Below, in pieces: positions 45,502 to 57,675 of a DNA stretch of 64,000 nucleotides; position 1 is the first letter of the stretch, and every line of letters begins with the position of its first letter. Position numbers and translations under genes: made by a program. The stretch is from the human T2T-CHM13v2.0 reference genome, Homo sapiens, in NCBI RefSeq assembly GCF_009914755.1, contig NC_060948.1; one strand, 5' to 3'. The notes beneath the pieces are model-generated. The model was not told where the DNA came from. It ran no database searches and saw nothing but the letters and a program-made list of their open reading frames with translations.

Positions 45502-48272
45502 TGTGTTACAGTTGAATTGTGCGTCTCAAAAAAAAGTTATGTTGATATCTTAACATCTGGTTCCTAGGAAATTCACCTTATTTGGAAATATGGTTTCTGC
45601 AAATGCAGTCAAGTTCAGATGAGTTCATACTGTGTTAGGGAAGATTCTAAACCCAATATGATTAGCGTCCTTGTAAGAAGAGACAGACACAGGAAAGGCA
45701 GAGCCACGCGCGGGCCCAGCCCTGCAAATCTCTAGAAGGTGACGATATTCTTTAAAACACTTCGAAATCATTGGAAGAAAATTACAACTGGGCTCTGCCT
45801 CCTGGCCTGGGGATGTAATTAGCTGTATAGAAAACACTGTGATAACCTACTAAGGAGAGTAGCCTATCAAGAAGCTCAGGTGTTTGGCAATCAACTCATT
45901 TCTCCAAATGCACAAGTGAAGAAGGCAACTGTTTTTCTCAATCCTGCAGCTTGCAAAGGCAAAGCCAGAACTTGATTTGAAAAAAATGCTGCCCTGATTT
46001 TACATATATCCAGGATGGATATGTCTATTATTAGGGCAGGTTATGAGGGATAAGTCAAGGAACTCCTGGAACTGATGTTAAACACAGTTGTGATCATTGT
46101 TGTAAGAGGAGATGGGACACTGAAGGAGGATGTTACTGGAGTTCTTCAAAGAACAGATGAGGCTACCTTCAGTAAGATTCCCATTGGATTTATCCCACTG
46201 GGACGGACCAGTAGTTTGAGTCATACCCTCTTTGCTGAACGTGGAAACAAAGTCCAACATATAACTGATGCCACATTTGCCATTGTGAAAGGAAAGACAG
46301 TTCCACTTGATGTCTTGCAGATGCAAGGTGAAAAGGAATAGCCTGTGTTTGCAGTGACTGGCCTTCGATGGGGACCCTTCAGAGATGTTGGCATCAAAGT
46401 TAGCAAGTACTGGTATCTTGCGCCTCTAAAAATCAAAGCAGCTCACTTTTTCAGCACTCTCAAAGAGTGGCCTCAGACTCACCAAGCCTATATTTTACAC
46501 ACGGCACCTACAGAGAGATCTCCCAGTGAACCAGAATAGACCCCTGTGCAAAGGCCTTCTTTTTACAGAAGAATATTACAAAGTCTTGCATCCTACTGGG
46601 CACAACCGGAGCATGCCCTTTCCCAAGATGTGAGCCCAGAGATCTGGAAAGATGTGCAGCTGTCCACCATTGAACTATCCATCACAACACAGAAAAATCA
46701 GCTTGACCTGCCAAGCGAAGAAGATTTTATGAACATCTGAATTGAACGAACACCATCAGCAAAGGAGACTTTATAACTACAGGAACTCGAAAGGTTTGAA
46801 ACCGCAAGCTGCACATCGAAGGCACAGTGTCTCCAAGCCAGCCAGTGCACTTTGCTTGTTGCCAATGGAGCTGGGGGCTCTTTTGGCATAGACAGTGAAG
46901 AGTGTGATGTGAAGCCTGTGGAGGTGAAACTGCTCCCCAGGAAGCTGCAGCTTTTCTATGATCCCAGGAAGAGAGAATAGATGCTGGCAAGCCCCACCCA
47001 GAAAGCAGGCAGAAGACAAGTGCTCTGAGACCATACTTTAGGCCACCAGCAGGACCAAAAGGGAACAGATGCCTCAACCATCCCAACAGTGTTGTCAGAG
47101 TGTCCCAAGGGCTTTTTCATGGCAAGTAGCCTCTGGCCTTCTCCAGCAGTGCTTCCCAAAGTATACTCTGTCACCTGTTTTGCAATCAGGTTTTGTTAGG
47201 GCATATTTTATTTTGGTGTGATGGTTGACCCTCCTAAACACGGACTTTCCTCAGACTGGTTCAAGATGGAAAAGGACTTTCTTCTGTTTTCTCCCAAAGT
47301 GCAACCACAGTGCAGAGCCCACAGTGGGCTTAGGCTGCCTGGGCCTTTCCATTCTGGTTCTGTCTTTTGACCATGCTCAGAATTCTGGGGAAAATGCCTT
47401 CCTTCCCTGGTGACCTTTTCCTGTTTCTAGGCTTCTCCACAAGTGCTGCTATTTTGTGAGCTCTGGCTCCTGTTTAGCTTTTATATCAGTTCTATCCTCA
47501 GTCCAGAAATGTATATGAGGTTGTGTCCCCCTTCAGCCATGGCAACAATATTGTAAAATGCTAGTTTTTATTTTTTTAGGTAGTGCTTTCTAAATGGTTT
47601 GCATGAGAGCTACCTGGGGTACATGTTGAAAATTGATTTATTTGGAGTCCACACCAGATCTAATAACTCATTTTGGGGATAAGGCCCAGGAATCTGCATT
47701 TTTTAAAAGTTGGCCACCCTTTCCAGGTGATTCTGTAAGTTGTCCCTCAATGCACTTGGAGAAATAGTGTTTTAAAGCAGTGGTCCACAAAGTATTCTGC
47801 TTGTGTGCCCCCAGAAGTATTTTGAAAAATCATGTATTCCCTTACCCATCTAAGTTGATATCTAAGATTGTTCATGGGACATTAAATAGTTGACATAATT
47901 TGTATTTGCTGCTTTCACGTAAATATTGGTATTTTAAAATAAAAACTGTTATATCAAAAAAAAAGAAGAAGATATGCAACGACAAAGACAAAAACAAGGA
48001 GAACACCATGTGAGGATGGAAGTAAAGATTGAAGTGATTCATCCCTAAACTAGGGAGCACTGTTGAAAACTATGAGGAACTAAGAACAGAAGCATGAAGC
48101 ATGAAGCACAATCCAAGACAGAAGCATGAAATGGATTTTCCTTCAGAGCCTCTGAAAGGAAGCATCTTAATTTTGGACTCTGCTCCAGAACAGTGAGAGA
48201 CTATAAGTTTTTGTTGTTTCAAGTCAGCAAGTTTGTGGTAATTAGTTACAAAGTCCCAGAAATGAATGCAGT
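45502..48272 (+). mobile_element. MaLR LTR (MLT1B/C-like) split by the AGK retrocopy (halves ~45502-45692 and ~47965-48272)
   Basis: Left half GTTGAATTGTG...CCTTATTTGGAAATA...GTCCTTGTAAGAAGAG; right half CACCATGTGAGGATGG...CTTCAGAGCCTCTGAAAGGA...CCAGAACAGTGAGA...GTTTGTGGTAATTAGTTAC. Confidence 0.75.
45693..47964 (+). pseudogene. AGKP1: Processed pseudogene of acylglycerol kinase (AGK); former CDS 45739-~47004
   Basis: Intronless translation from 45739: (V)TIFFKTLRNHWKK...[18 protein letters not shown]...[33 protein letters not shown]...[28 protein letters not shown]...VKLLPRKLQLFYDPRKRE*MLASPTQ. ATG is mutated to GTG; stops at 45820, 45973, 46051, 46339, 46537, 46738 and 46978; two small deletions near 46747 and 46826. 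3'UTR, AATAAA at 47938-43 and an A-tail at 47956-64. The symbol is from memory of the Y-linked AGK pseudogene. Confidence 0.93.
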
Positions 48273-48559
48273 CTGGATTAGGTATATTCTGTATATATAA
48301 GCTGCCTAAGAATGCCAGAAGCCAGAAGAGGTGGTGTCTGCATTTCTGGTTCCTAAAATCCTCTCTCAGTACCCACTGTTCTGTCCGTGGCAAAGCTCTC
48401 CTGACACATTTTTAGCCTTTAGGCTATGTCCTATTTCCCCTGTCCACTAGGGAAGTAGTTCTTGAATTCCCGCCTCCCAAGGCTGGCATTTTACCAAGTG
48501 AAAGACACTGCCTTTGTGCAACTCCCTCCCCTTTGAGTGTAGGGAGGAAATAGGATTTC

Positions 48560-48985
48560 CTTCTGTCTCATGGAATATGATAGAGGTAATGGAACACCAC
48601 TTCCATGATTACGTTATATAAGCATATAAATGTGTCTTCCTAGCATACCCTTTCTGTTGCATTCTTGGTTTCCATGCTTTGATGAAATGAGCAACCATGT
48701 TGAACAGGTGCAAATGTCAAGAAGCTGACAGCTGCCTCTGAACAACAGCCTGCAAGGAACAGAGGCATTCAGTCCAGCAGTCCACAGGACATTGAACTCT
48801 GCAAACAAGCGTGTATGTTTGGAAGTGAATCTTCCTATGTCAGCTTTAAAATGAGACCCCAGCTCAGGCCAACACCTTCATCAGTAAGAGACTTCAAAGC
48901 AGTGGGTCCAGCTGAGCTAGTGCCTAGATTCCCAATAAGCAAAAACTGTGATAAAGTAAATACATTAATTTGAAGCTGTTTAAGC
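48560..48985 (+). mobile_element. Old MaLR LTR (MLT1F/H-like)
   Basis: CACTTCCATGATTACGTTATAT, CAACAGCCTGCAAGGAACAGAGG..TTCAGTCCA, TGAACTCTGCAAACAA and TGAGACCCCAGCTC. Confidence 0.6.
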
Positions 48986-49180
48986 CTACTGGCCCCACCC
49001 AGTCTCTTCCCAACCCTGGAGAGTACATTTCAATCTAGGTGTCTCTTTCCACTGGATATAGACATTGGTTGGCATGCAGCTAAAATCAGGCCAATATGCA
49101 TAGTTGCATATTAATTAAATTTGTGGTTATTTGTTAGAAAGTAGTCAATAACTGTGGCATAATAAGCAAAAAGTGGATTT

Positions 49181-49353
49181 CAGCTGAGTACAGTAGCTTG
49201 CACCTGTAATCTCAGCTACTTGGGAGGCTCAGGTGGGAGAATTGCTTGAGGCCAGGAGGTTGAGGCTGCAGTGAGCTATGGTAGCGCCAATGCAATCATA
49301 GTTCACTGAAGCTATGAGCCTGGGAGACAAAGCAAGACCTTCTATTTAAAAAA
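49181..49353 (+). mobile_element. Alu monomer (FRAM/FAM-like)
   Basis: CACCTGTAATCTCAGCTACTTGGGAGGCTCAGGTGGGAGAATTGCTTGAGGCCAGGAGG. Confidence 0.8.
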
Positions 49354-51643
49354 ATACATGGATTTCAAAAGTTGGACAGATTGTAACCCAAATTCTACAT
49401 AGATACCATGTCTCCAATGGAGGGATATATATTTTTAGGTTTTGCAATCTTAGGAATAGTTGGCAAGTGAAAGAAATTCTGGTTAAATTGACTTAAGGGA
49501 AAAGAAGAGATTTTCAGCCTCCCTTTACTAGCAGTACATTTAATTTAGAAAATAGTGTCCTCAGGTTTAATCATTGCCGTTAGGAACCTGGCACTTTGGT
49601 GCCATGTTTCTTCTTTTGGCTTTCTCAGAGACGCTGTCTTTGTGTGGTGGTAGGCAGTCAACAGCATTTCCTTGTATGCCATTGTTTCCTCAGAAAGCAA
49701 ATTGGCCCAGTAACTGTGCATATTGGCCTAATTTTAGTTGCATGCCAACCAATGTCTATATCCAATGGAAAGAGACACTTAGATTGAAATGGCCTCTCCA
49801 GGGTTGGGAAGAGACCGGGTGGGTCCAGTAGGCTTAAGCTGGATGCAAGTAAGATTGCTCCCCAGAGGAAAATTGAATGCTAGGTAAGCAAAACTCATTG
49901 ATGTCCATTGTCATTGCTCAAACTGCAAATAGTCCCAAGGAAGAAAGAATGGCATGGGTGCTTCATGGACGAGACTAACTTGGGGGAAAAATCTTACCTA
50001 GGATGTTTCTTTTTTTTTAGCTGAAAAGAAGCACTTGGACATTCAGAAATGAGAAAACTTGTTTATTAGCTGCTGTTGTTGGTTTGTAAACAGCTGTAGC
50101 TTTTAGTGACATATAGAAATAACATGACAGGAACAGATGAGGATATTTCTATTATGATGTTATACAGGCAGTTCTATGTTGGGAGTCATCCTCCTGGGGC
50201 AATCCTGGATCTGGAAGCTGTCAGCTGGTGGCAAATTAGAGATAGCTTGAGATTTAATGCCAGATGGGAAACATGACCTCAAATGAATTAGGGTCTTTAG
50301 TCCTGGGTGTAATATGCTGTGCCTGACATCTCTTTTAAGAGTTCTAACTGAAAGTTTAGGTTTACTGTAGAATAAGCCAATTTGGGGAGCTCATCTTGTG
50401 AACATGAAAATGAATTTGGACAAATTTCAACCTAAGCCTTTAGCACAGTTAAAGTTTGGAAAGAGTTTCATTGTAGAGCGTTAGGCAATTGGCTGACAAA
50501 AGAGCATCCAGTTTTTTCTCAAGGAATTCTGCAAAAAGCAAAGGAGGTCCTACTCAGCCATCCTCCTTTTTCAGCTTAGTGGACTTGTTTGTGAGATTGT
50601 GCTGTGAATGGGTTCTCAGGCTGGTGATAAAACCTCATCTTCAATTCTTGTGCAGCTTTGTATAAGTCCAAAGAGGCACCACTATATCCTTACTACATGA
50701 AGTGTCATTGGGTTGTTTGTTAATGTTTGTTTCCATATGGGCCCCAGGCATTAGCAAACATGTAGTTTATTCATTTATTTATTCACTCAGTGAATATTTA
50801 TTGAACCTAATCTAATTTTCAGGCCATTTTGCTAAATGACATCCTATCACTTTTATTGAAAGCCATAGAGGGGAAATTGCACAACTAACTGGAACCATTT
50901 AGTATAATCATTGCAATTATGCAGCAAGCTGGGGAGGTATGAGAACATCTGGGAGGAGTATGTATCCGAGACTGAGAGAGTGAAAATGCAGTAAGGAGAA
51001 ATTTGACGAATGAGTCACTGACCAAATTGCTGGGAGGAAGGTCATTTCAGGCAAAGAGAAGAGTGTGTTCAAAGCTGAAGTCTAGAGCCTGACATTAATA
51101 TCGATTCTCTTAGCTAAGTTGTTTATGAAACTGAAGTTTGTGAATTTGAAGCCTGAAATGTCTGAAGTGTAGTCAATGTATGGTCAGTTAATCTCAGAGC
51201 ACATCCTTCAGTCATCAGTGGAACTAGAGATAATATATTGACATATGTGCTCTAATGAAAGCTGAGAAGCTCAACCGGGACAAGTGTTTATCTAAAAGGG
51301 GGTCTGACCTCCTTTTAGAAATGGGAAGCAAGTGTGGACAGCATAACCCATAGACCAAATCATTCACACTTTCTGTCGGTTTTTACCAAAGGGTTTAATG
51401 GAACACAAATACACCCATTTATTTACGTAGTGTCTGTGACTGTTTTCACACTACAAAGGCAAAGTTGAGTTGTTGCAAGAGACCATGTGGCCTGCAAAGT
51501 CTACAATACATACAATCTTACCCTTTATTTTAAAAAGTGTTCTGACACCTGATGTAAAGGACTGGCTTCATGAAGTCAAGTGGAGATCTTCTAAGTTACC
51601 ATATAGACATGAAAGGAAGAGTACAGAAGTTCCATGATGTACA

Positions 51644-51795
51644 GCAGTGGTTTACAAATTGGCTATGAATGTTTTCCAAATGCAGATTCCTGGGCTCTAT
51701 CCAGGCTTCCAGTGAATCACAAAATCTGAGGATAGGGCCCAACAATTTGCATTGTAGTGGCCTTGTAGGTGATATTGATGGCAAAAATTTGAAAA
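51644..51795. mobile_element. MER5A-like DNA transposon
   Basis: CAGTGGTTTACAAA...AAATGCAGATTCCTGGGC...GAATCACAAAATCTG...GGGCCCA..AATTTGCATT...AGGTGAT.TTGATG. Confidence 0.7.
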
Positions 51796-51805
51796 TTGGA
51801 CCTGA

Positions 51806-52114
51806 ATTTTTTTTTTTTTTTTTTTTTTTTTTTGTGACGGAGTCTCACTCTGTTGTCCAGGCTGGAGGACAGTGGCGCAAATTTGGCTCAGTGCAAGCTC
51901 TGCCTCCCATGTTCACACCATTCTCCTGCTTCAGCATCCTGAGTAGCTGGGAACTACAGGCACCCACCACCCCCGGCTAATTTTTTATATTTTTTTAGTA
52001 GAGACGGGGTTTCTCCATGTTAGCCAGGATGGTCTCGATCTCCTGACCTCATGATCCACCCACCTCGGCCTCCCAAAGTGTTGGTATTACAGGTGTGAGC
52101 CACCGCACCTGGCC
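51806..52114 (-). mobile_element. Alu (AluY-like)
   Basis: Long poly-T; GCAAGCTCTGCCTCCC..GTTCACACCATTCTCC and TTAGCCAGGATGGTCTCGATCTCCTGACCTCATGATCC are AluY-type segments. Confidence 0.95.
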
Positions 52115-52439
52115 TGAAATATTTTTTAATCCAAATATAAACAGATACTCCTTTCTGCCATTAATAAACAATTAGGGAAAAAAAAAGATAAAAGCCTGTT
52201 TTTAAGACCATTGTCCATATGGCTTACACAAGATAACTTCCTGAAGTGACCTCTAAGACGAAATAGTTGCAAAGTATTTCTGTGTTCAATTAAATTAAAG
52301 CGTGGGCAAAAAGAAATTATTAGTTGTAGATATTTAAAATCAAATCAGTTTAAACAAAACACTGTCAACACAGCAGCCAAAGAACATAATCAATCAAAAG
52401 ATGAATAAATATACACAGTTATACAGCACTACTACTACA

Positions 52440-52796
52440 TAATGATGATTATGATGGTGATGATGAGGATGGTGATGAGGAGGATGGTGATGATGGTGAT
52501 GATGATGATGGTTATGATGATGGTGATGGTGATAATATGGTTGATGAGGATGGTAAAAGTGTTGGTGATTTTGATGATGTTGGTGTAGAGGATGGTGAAG
52601 CCATGCTAATATGTTGATGCTGATGGTGATGATGGTGTTGGTGATGAGGATGCTGAAGGTTACGGTGATGATGACCAGATGACGATGGTGCTGCTGATGA
52701 CAGTGATGATGGTGATGGTCATGATGATGACAGCAATGAAGATAACAAATACTGTGATGATTGTTTTGGTGATAATAGTAATAACTGTAGTGATGG
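52440..52796. repeat. Degenerate (GAT/GGT)n trinucleotide repeat
   Basis: About 350 bp of TGATGA/TGGTGA; this is the source of the spurious poly-His ORF on -. Confidence 0.95.
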
Positions 52797-54786
52797 CCTG
52801 TTTCTACATTGCAATCTCTATTTCTCCCCCAGTCTCCATACAAACAGAACCACCTTAGAGACATTTCAAACTTACCATATTCAAAATGCAGCTGCTGCTT
52901 TTGATACAATGAATGCCCTTCTGTCGCATTTTTACTATCTTAGGAGAATTCACACCATCTCCTCATCATTTAATGAGCCAAATGTGCTAGCTGCTGATCC
53001 ATGTGTCTGAATGGCTGCCTTGAGGAATTGGGGTCCTACAGTGAGCAGCAATGCTGGACTAGGGCAAGGATGAATAAAGAAGGGATGAGTTCAAGTTGTT
53101 GGGGGAAAACAGGGCAGCCAACTCTATCTGGAGCTCTCAGATGGGCTTAGTGTTGGTGAAGATATTTCCAAAGACATTTTGAAGACTTGGAGGTATGTTA
53201 TCAGGCAGAACAGAGCTTCTAACTAAGAGCAATTTTGGACCTGCTGTACAGGACAGCCTCCAACCCACACAATGATCTGGCCCCTAATGTGAACATTACT
53301 GAGGTAGAGATAACATGAGGTAGACTATAGAAGTCTATAGAAAAAGAGAATCTGAGCAAATTGTGCTAGGGGAACACTGAAGAATGTGGAGCAATTGAAC
53401 AAATGCCTGTGCAGACATATTGGTACAAAATTGCAATGGAGCACCAATGGGACAGGAAAAAGGGACAAGTCCTACAATATACAGTTCTTGACCATCCCTG
53501 AAGTGCACCAAAGCTACAGAAGTTGGTGTGCGTGAATTGTCTCATTGATCCTGTTTGGTAATTACCATGTTGACTGCTGGAGTCCCATGAAGGAACATTT
53601 TTAAGCAGCAAAGTGACAAGCTCTGATTTGCATTTTGAGATTAATGACTCAGACAACCAGTTATTTGTTAACTTGCTGGATTCAGCCTAGGAAGACATCT
53701 AGAGGGTGTAATTTGATTTATTTTGCAGAGGGATGATTGGCCTCTACATTATCTTGGTACACTGCCTGAATTTCTGAACACCACAGAATTATGTATTTGG
53801 CATATGGCCATCTCATTTCTAAGACCCATCAAAGATGTGAGAATGGATTAGATGTGGAACAAGTTGAAGATTAGATTAGTTTATCAGATGATTAGCATGC
53901 CATGCTAATTTATCAAGACATGGGATATTTAAAGAAGGGGAGAGTAACATATGTATGTAACATATAGAGGGAAGATAGGAGACCTTTGTCTCAATTTCTT
54001 TTTTCATAATGAATCAGTAAACCTATTGGTAGATAAAGTTTAGTTTTAATTCTGCTTTCTAAGTTAGGCTGCAAAATATTTTTTATCAGTACTCTCTGAA
54101 ACTGACTGTCATGTCAAGACTCTAAAAGAGTATCCATAGTTATATTTAAAAATAAAATATCATCTTTTCATCTTATGTAGAACAACGTCTGTTTACTACT
54201 GCTTGGAATACAAAGAGGAATTTAGCTGTGGCCATTAGAAAGTGACAAACAGTGTTTCTTCCACTATGCCATAATTATAGTGAGAGGAAAGCATCAAAAA
54301 GAAAGTTCTTTTATATACAGTTGGCACAAAAATATTCACATATGTAAATAATATAAATAATGCACCATAAAAAGAAAACCTTCCATTACTATTAACAAAA
54401 TTAATCAGTTGTCATTACCATGGGATTTAGGATACATCTTACATGTTCTTGGTTAGATTCATGAGTCAAAGAATAATGCCCAATTGATGAAAGTGGGCTG
54501 TAATTTTGTGCTTTTAAAACAATGGCCTCTGGCCAAATATGGGCAAAATAAACAACATTTGATTTATTACTTTACACTGATTTCTTGCATCCTGCTGGAA
54601 AAGAGAGATGACTTACAATTATAACATATTTTTCCTGCAAGATTAACATCATTGTTGCCAGTTTTATAGAAGAAGCAGGAAAGTGGGCTTGCAATGATTT
54701 ATTATGAATGCATGAAACAATTAATGCTACTAGCAACAGAGTTTTAATAGGAAAAAGTTAAAGCACACAGTATTAAAAATAAAAGG

Positions 54787-55120
54787 GGCTGGGTGCAGTG
54801 GCTCATGCCTGTAATCCTAGCAGTTTGGGAGGCCCAGGCGGGCAGATCAAGACCAGCGTGACTAAAATGGTTAAACCCATCTCCACTAAAAATACAAAAA
54901 TTAGCTGGGCATGGTGGTACATGCCCGTAATCCCAGCTACTCAGGAGGCTTGAGGCAGGAAAATTGCTTGAACTTGGGAGGTAGAAGTTGCAGTAAGCCG
55001 AGATGACACCACTGCATTTTAGCCTGGGCAACAGAGCAAGACTTCATCTCAATAAATAAATAAACAAATAAACAAACAGAGCAAGACTTCATCTCAAGAA
55101 ATAAAAAAATAAAATAAAAG
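54787..55120 (+). mobile_element. Alu (AluS-type) with left-arm deletion and duplicated 3' end
   Basis: GGCTGGGTGCAGTGGCTCATGCC...; AACAGAGCAAGACTTCATCTCAA occurs twice (55030 and 55075). Confidence 0.92.
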
Positions 55121-55358
55121 GGAAAAGTTGGTATCAAAATTGTGTCTGATTTAGGCAAGGTTTATACCTCCATGGATGGCTTTTTCATAACAATAATTGT
55201 ATTGACATTGGGGGCTTTTCCGTGTTTCAGAGATTTTCATGTGGATTTCCAATATGGTAAAATATATAATATTGTTATATGAGGGAGTGATGGAAAATCC
55301 CATCAACGTTGGCATTTTTTAGAAAGAAAAGAAGCTTAGGGAATATTTTAATGATTTG

Positions 55359-55663
55359 GGGCTAGGTCTGGGGGGGTTCATGCCTGTAATTCCAGTGTTT
55401 TGAGAGGCTAAGGAGGGAGAATGATTTGAGCTCTGCATGTTTGAGACATCATAGGCAACATAGCAAAGCCTCATCTCTACAAAAAACAAAAAGTGAGCTG
55501 AGTGTGATGGCAAGCATGTGCTGGCAATCTCACCTACTAGGGGAGGCTGAGGTGAGAGAATCACTTGAGCCCAGGAATGCCAGGCTTCAGTAAACTGTAA
55601 TCACATCACTGCACTCTGGACTGAGCAACAGAGCAAGAACCTGTCTCAAAAAAAAAAAAAAAA
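55359..55663 (+). mobile_element. Alu (AluJ-type)
   Basis: TCATGCCTGTAATTCCAG...GAATCACTTGAGCCCAGGA...GAGCAACAGAGCAAGA followed by poly-A. Confidence 0.88.
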
Positions 55664-56847
55664 TTGATATTTTCTTTCCCCCACAGTTGTCATATACAAT
55701 GAAAACTGTATATTTAAGCCAAAATAGGTTTTGTAAACATTTAACTATTAAAAAAGAGTCAGGCTTGCACATAGATACATGATATTGCTTTGATTTCTTC
55801 AGTTTTCACCTGCCCTGGTATGAGACCCATGAAGTAAGCATTCTTCTGGGCACAGAAATTATACTCCTAAACGTATTATTTATTAATATATAATGGAAAG
55901 AGAAACATTTCAAAAATAAAGACAAATTAAGCTTTAATGAAAAGCAATCATACACTGATGAATTTAAAGTTTTGGAGCAAATACTATTGTGTTTGATATC
56001 TATTAGTCTATTTAACTAGTGAAATATGAGCAACGCAAAATCAAACATCAATAGAAGGTTCCAACTAAGCTTGTTTCTCATATGGTTTCTCTGCCAGTTC
56101 AGACCTCAAGAGTACCTCCTGTCTACAAAGTAGACTCTCTGCCCCACACACTGATTTCCAGCCTTTTCTGTTTCATGGGGTGACTTGCTGACCTTCTATG
56201 CATGGGTAATAGTACTCTGTTGACAGGCAAGAGTTGTGTCTTCCACTTGGGTCTTCTAATCTGCTAAAGAAAGCAACACACAAAATATAGCTTACAATAA
56301 TTATCTGTCAAATTTACGTCAATCACAATGTGGATGGTAGATCAGTGGTTTCTCTTATGTCTTGAAAGGAAGACTTCAATTTTCTCTGCAGCCGTGGTAC
56401 TTTATAAATTATTTCCTCTTCCGTCTTTTAAAAGTCACTCTTATTTACCACCCCATTAGCCACGGATTCAGTGAAATGCCCACGCATGCAGTGTTGGAGT
56501 CACACATTATTTCAGAAGACCACACAGCAGTAGGTAGTATTAAATAAATGTCTGAAATGTGAGCCAGGAATGTGTTTTTACTGGACTGTCATTTTCTTGC
56601 AGGCTCATTTGTATAATTCACTCCAGTGCATCTCAGTTTTATTTCCTATTATGCAAAATAGAAGATAATGATAGGTTAGCACATTCTCTGCTGATACTAT
56701 TTACATTCGTGTAAATAGATATTGCTAGGGGTGTGTGCCTCAGACTATCCCATCCTTCATAGGGCCCCATGTTTCAATTTTCTAATAACCCATCTAAGAC
56801 ACCTAGGCACACAGGGGAGAATACTCTGATTTAAACAGTCCACCATA

Positions 56848-56978
56848 AGCCATACACAGTGGTGCACCATGTGGTCCCAGCTACTCAAGAGGCTGAGGCC
56901 AAGATCAGATGAGCTCAGGAGTTCAACACCAGCCTGGGCAGTATAGCAAAAGCCTATCTCTAAAAAATAAAAATAAAC
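56848..56978 (+). mobile_element. Alu monomer (FLAM-like)
   Basis: GGTCCCAGCTACTCAAGAGGCTGAGG...CAGGAGTTCAACACCAGCCTGGGCA followed by an A-rich tail. Confidence 0.75.
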
Positions 56979-57344
56979 TCACCACTCTGAGTTTTACATG
57001 TTGTAAAAATCTCCCACTGGCTCCCGTCTATTATGCCTGGTTTAGTTTGAAACAAAATCATTAGTTTTAATGTAGCAAAATTCCATCGACATATTTTTCT
57101 TTATAAGAGCTTCTCCTAAGTAGCACCTGTTAGAGAAATCCTGTTCTACCCCAACATCTAAAAAACATTTTCCTGCACATTTTTCTATAAGCATCAGAAT
57201 TTCATTGTTCATGCAGACATTTTTAATCTATGCAGAGCATATTTTTATATATGGAGTTAGGTAGGGATCTCATTTTTTTTTCCTGCAGTAAGGAAGCATT
57301 GCTTTTGACACATGAAAGAAACAAGGTATTTTTTCCCAGTATTT

Positions 57345-57675
57345 GTTGTGTCAGCCAGGGTCCTGATAGGAAAAGATGGAATGCAACTTGAGAAATATAA
57401 TAAAGATGGGGACAGTATATAGGGCACCGACACAGGGTAGTGGAGCCCTTATGTGAAGTTGCTGATACCCACTGAGGTTGAACTGGACCTACCTACGAGG
57501 GAGGGAACTGGATTTCATATACATAGGCCTTACTCGCCTTCTGTCCTCCAGATTACCTACTAGTATCTTCCTTGGCTGAAACCAAGGGACAGCCAGAAGG
57601 CAAGAGTGAACTCACTTATTTACCTTCCACAGTACAGAATAGTGGAGATGAGAAAGAGTAAATCTGGAAGGGGCC
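57345..57675. mobile_element. Old ERVL LTR fragment (LTR33-like)
   Basis: TGTGTCAGCCAGGGTCC..AGGAAA start and TTGGCTGAAACCAA..GACAGCCAGAAGGCAAG; resemblance only. Confidence 0.45.

Noticed and set aside
46075-46740. ORFs with clear AGK similarity as a functional lipid kinase gene
   Set aside because: Start codon lost, multiple in-frame stops and frameshifts, intronless with an A-tail: a processed pseudogene.
45674-47975. TSD for the AGK retrocopy (AAGAAGAGAC vs AAGAAGAAGAT)
   Set aside because: Short, low-complexity and not directly abutting the apparent 5' end, so it cannot be called with confidence.
52394-52909. 171-aa His-rich ORF on the - strand
   Set aside because: Translation of a degenerate (GAT/GGT)n microsatellite; no domain or splice evidence.
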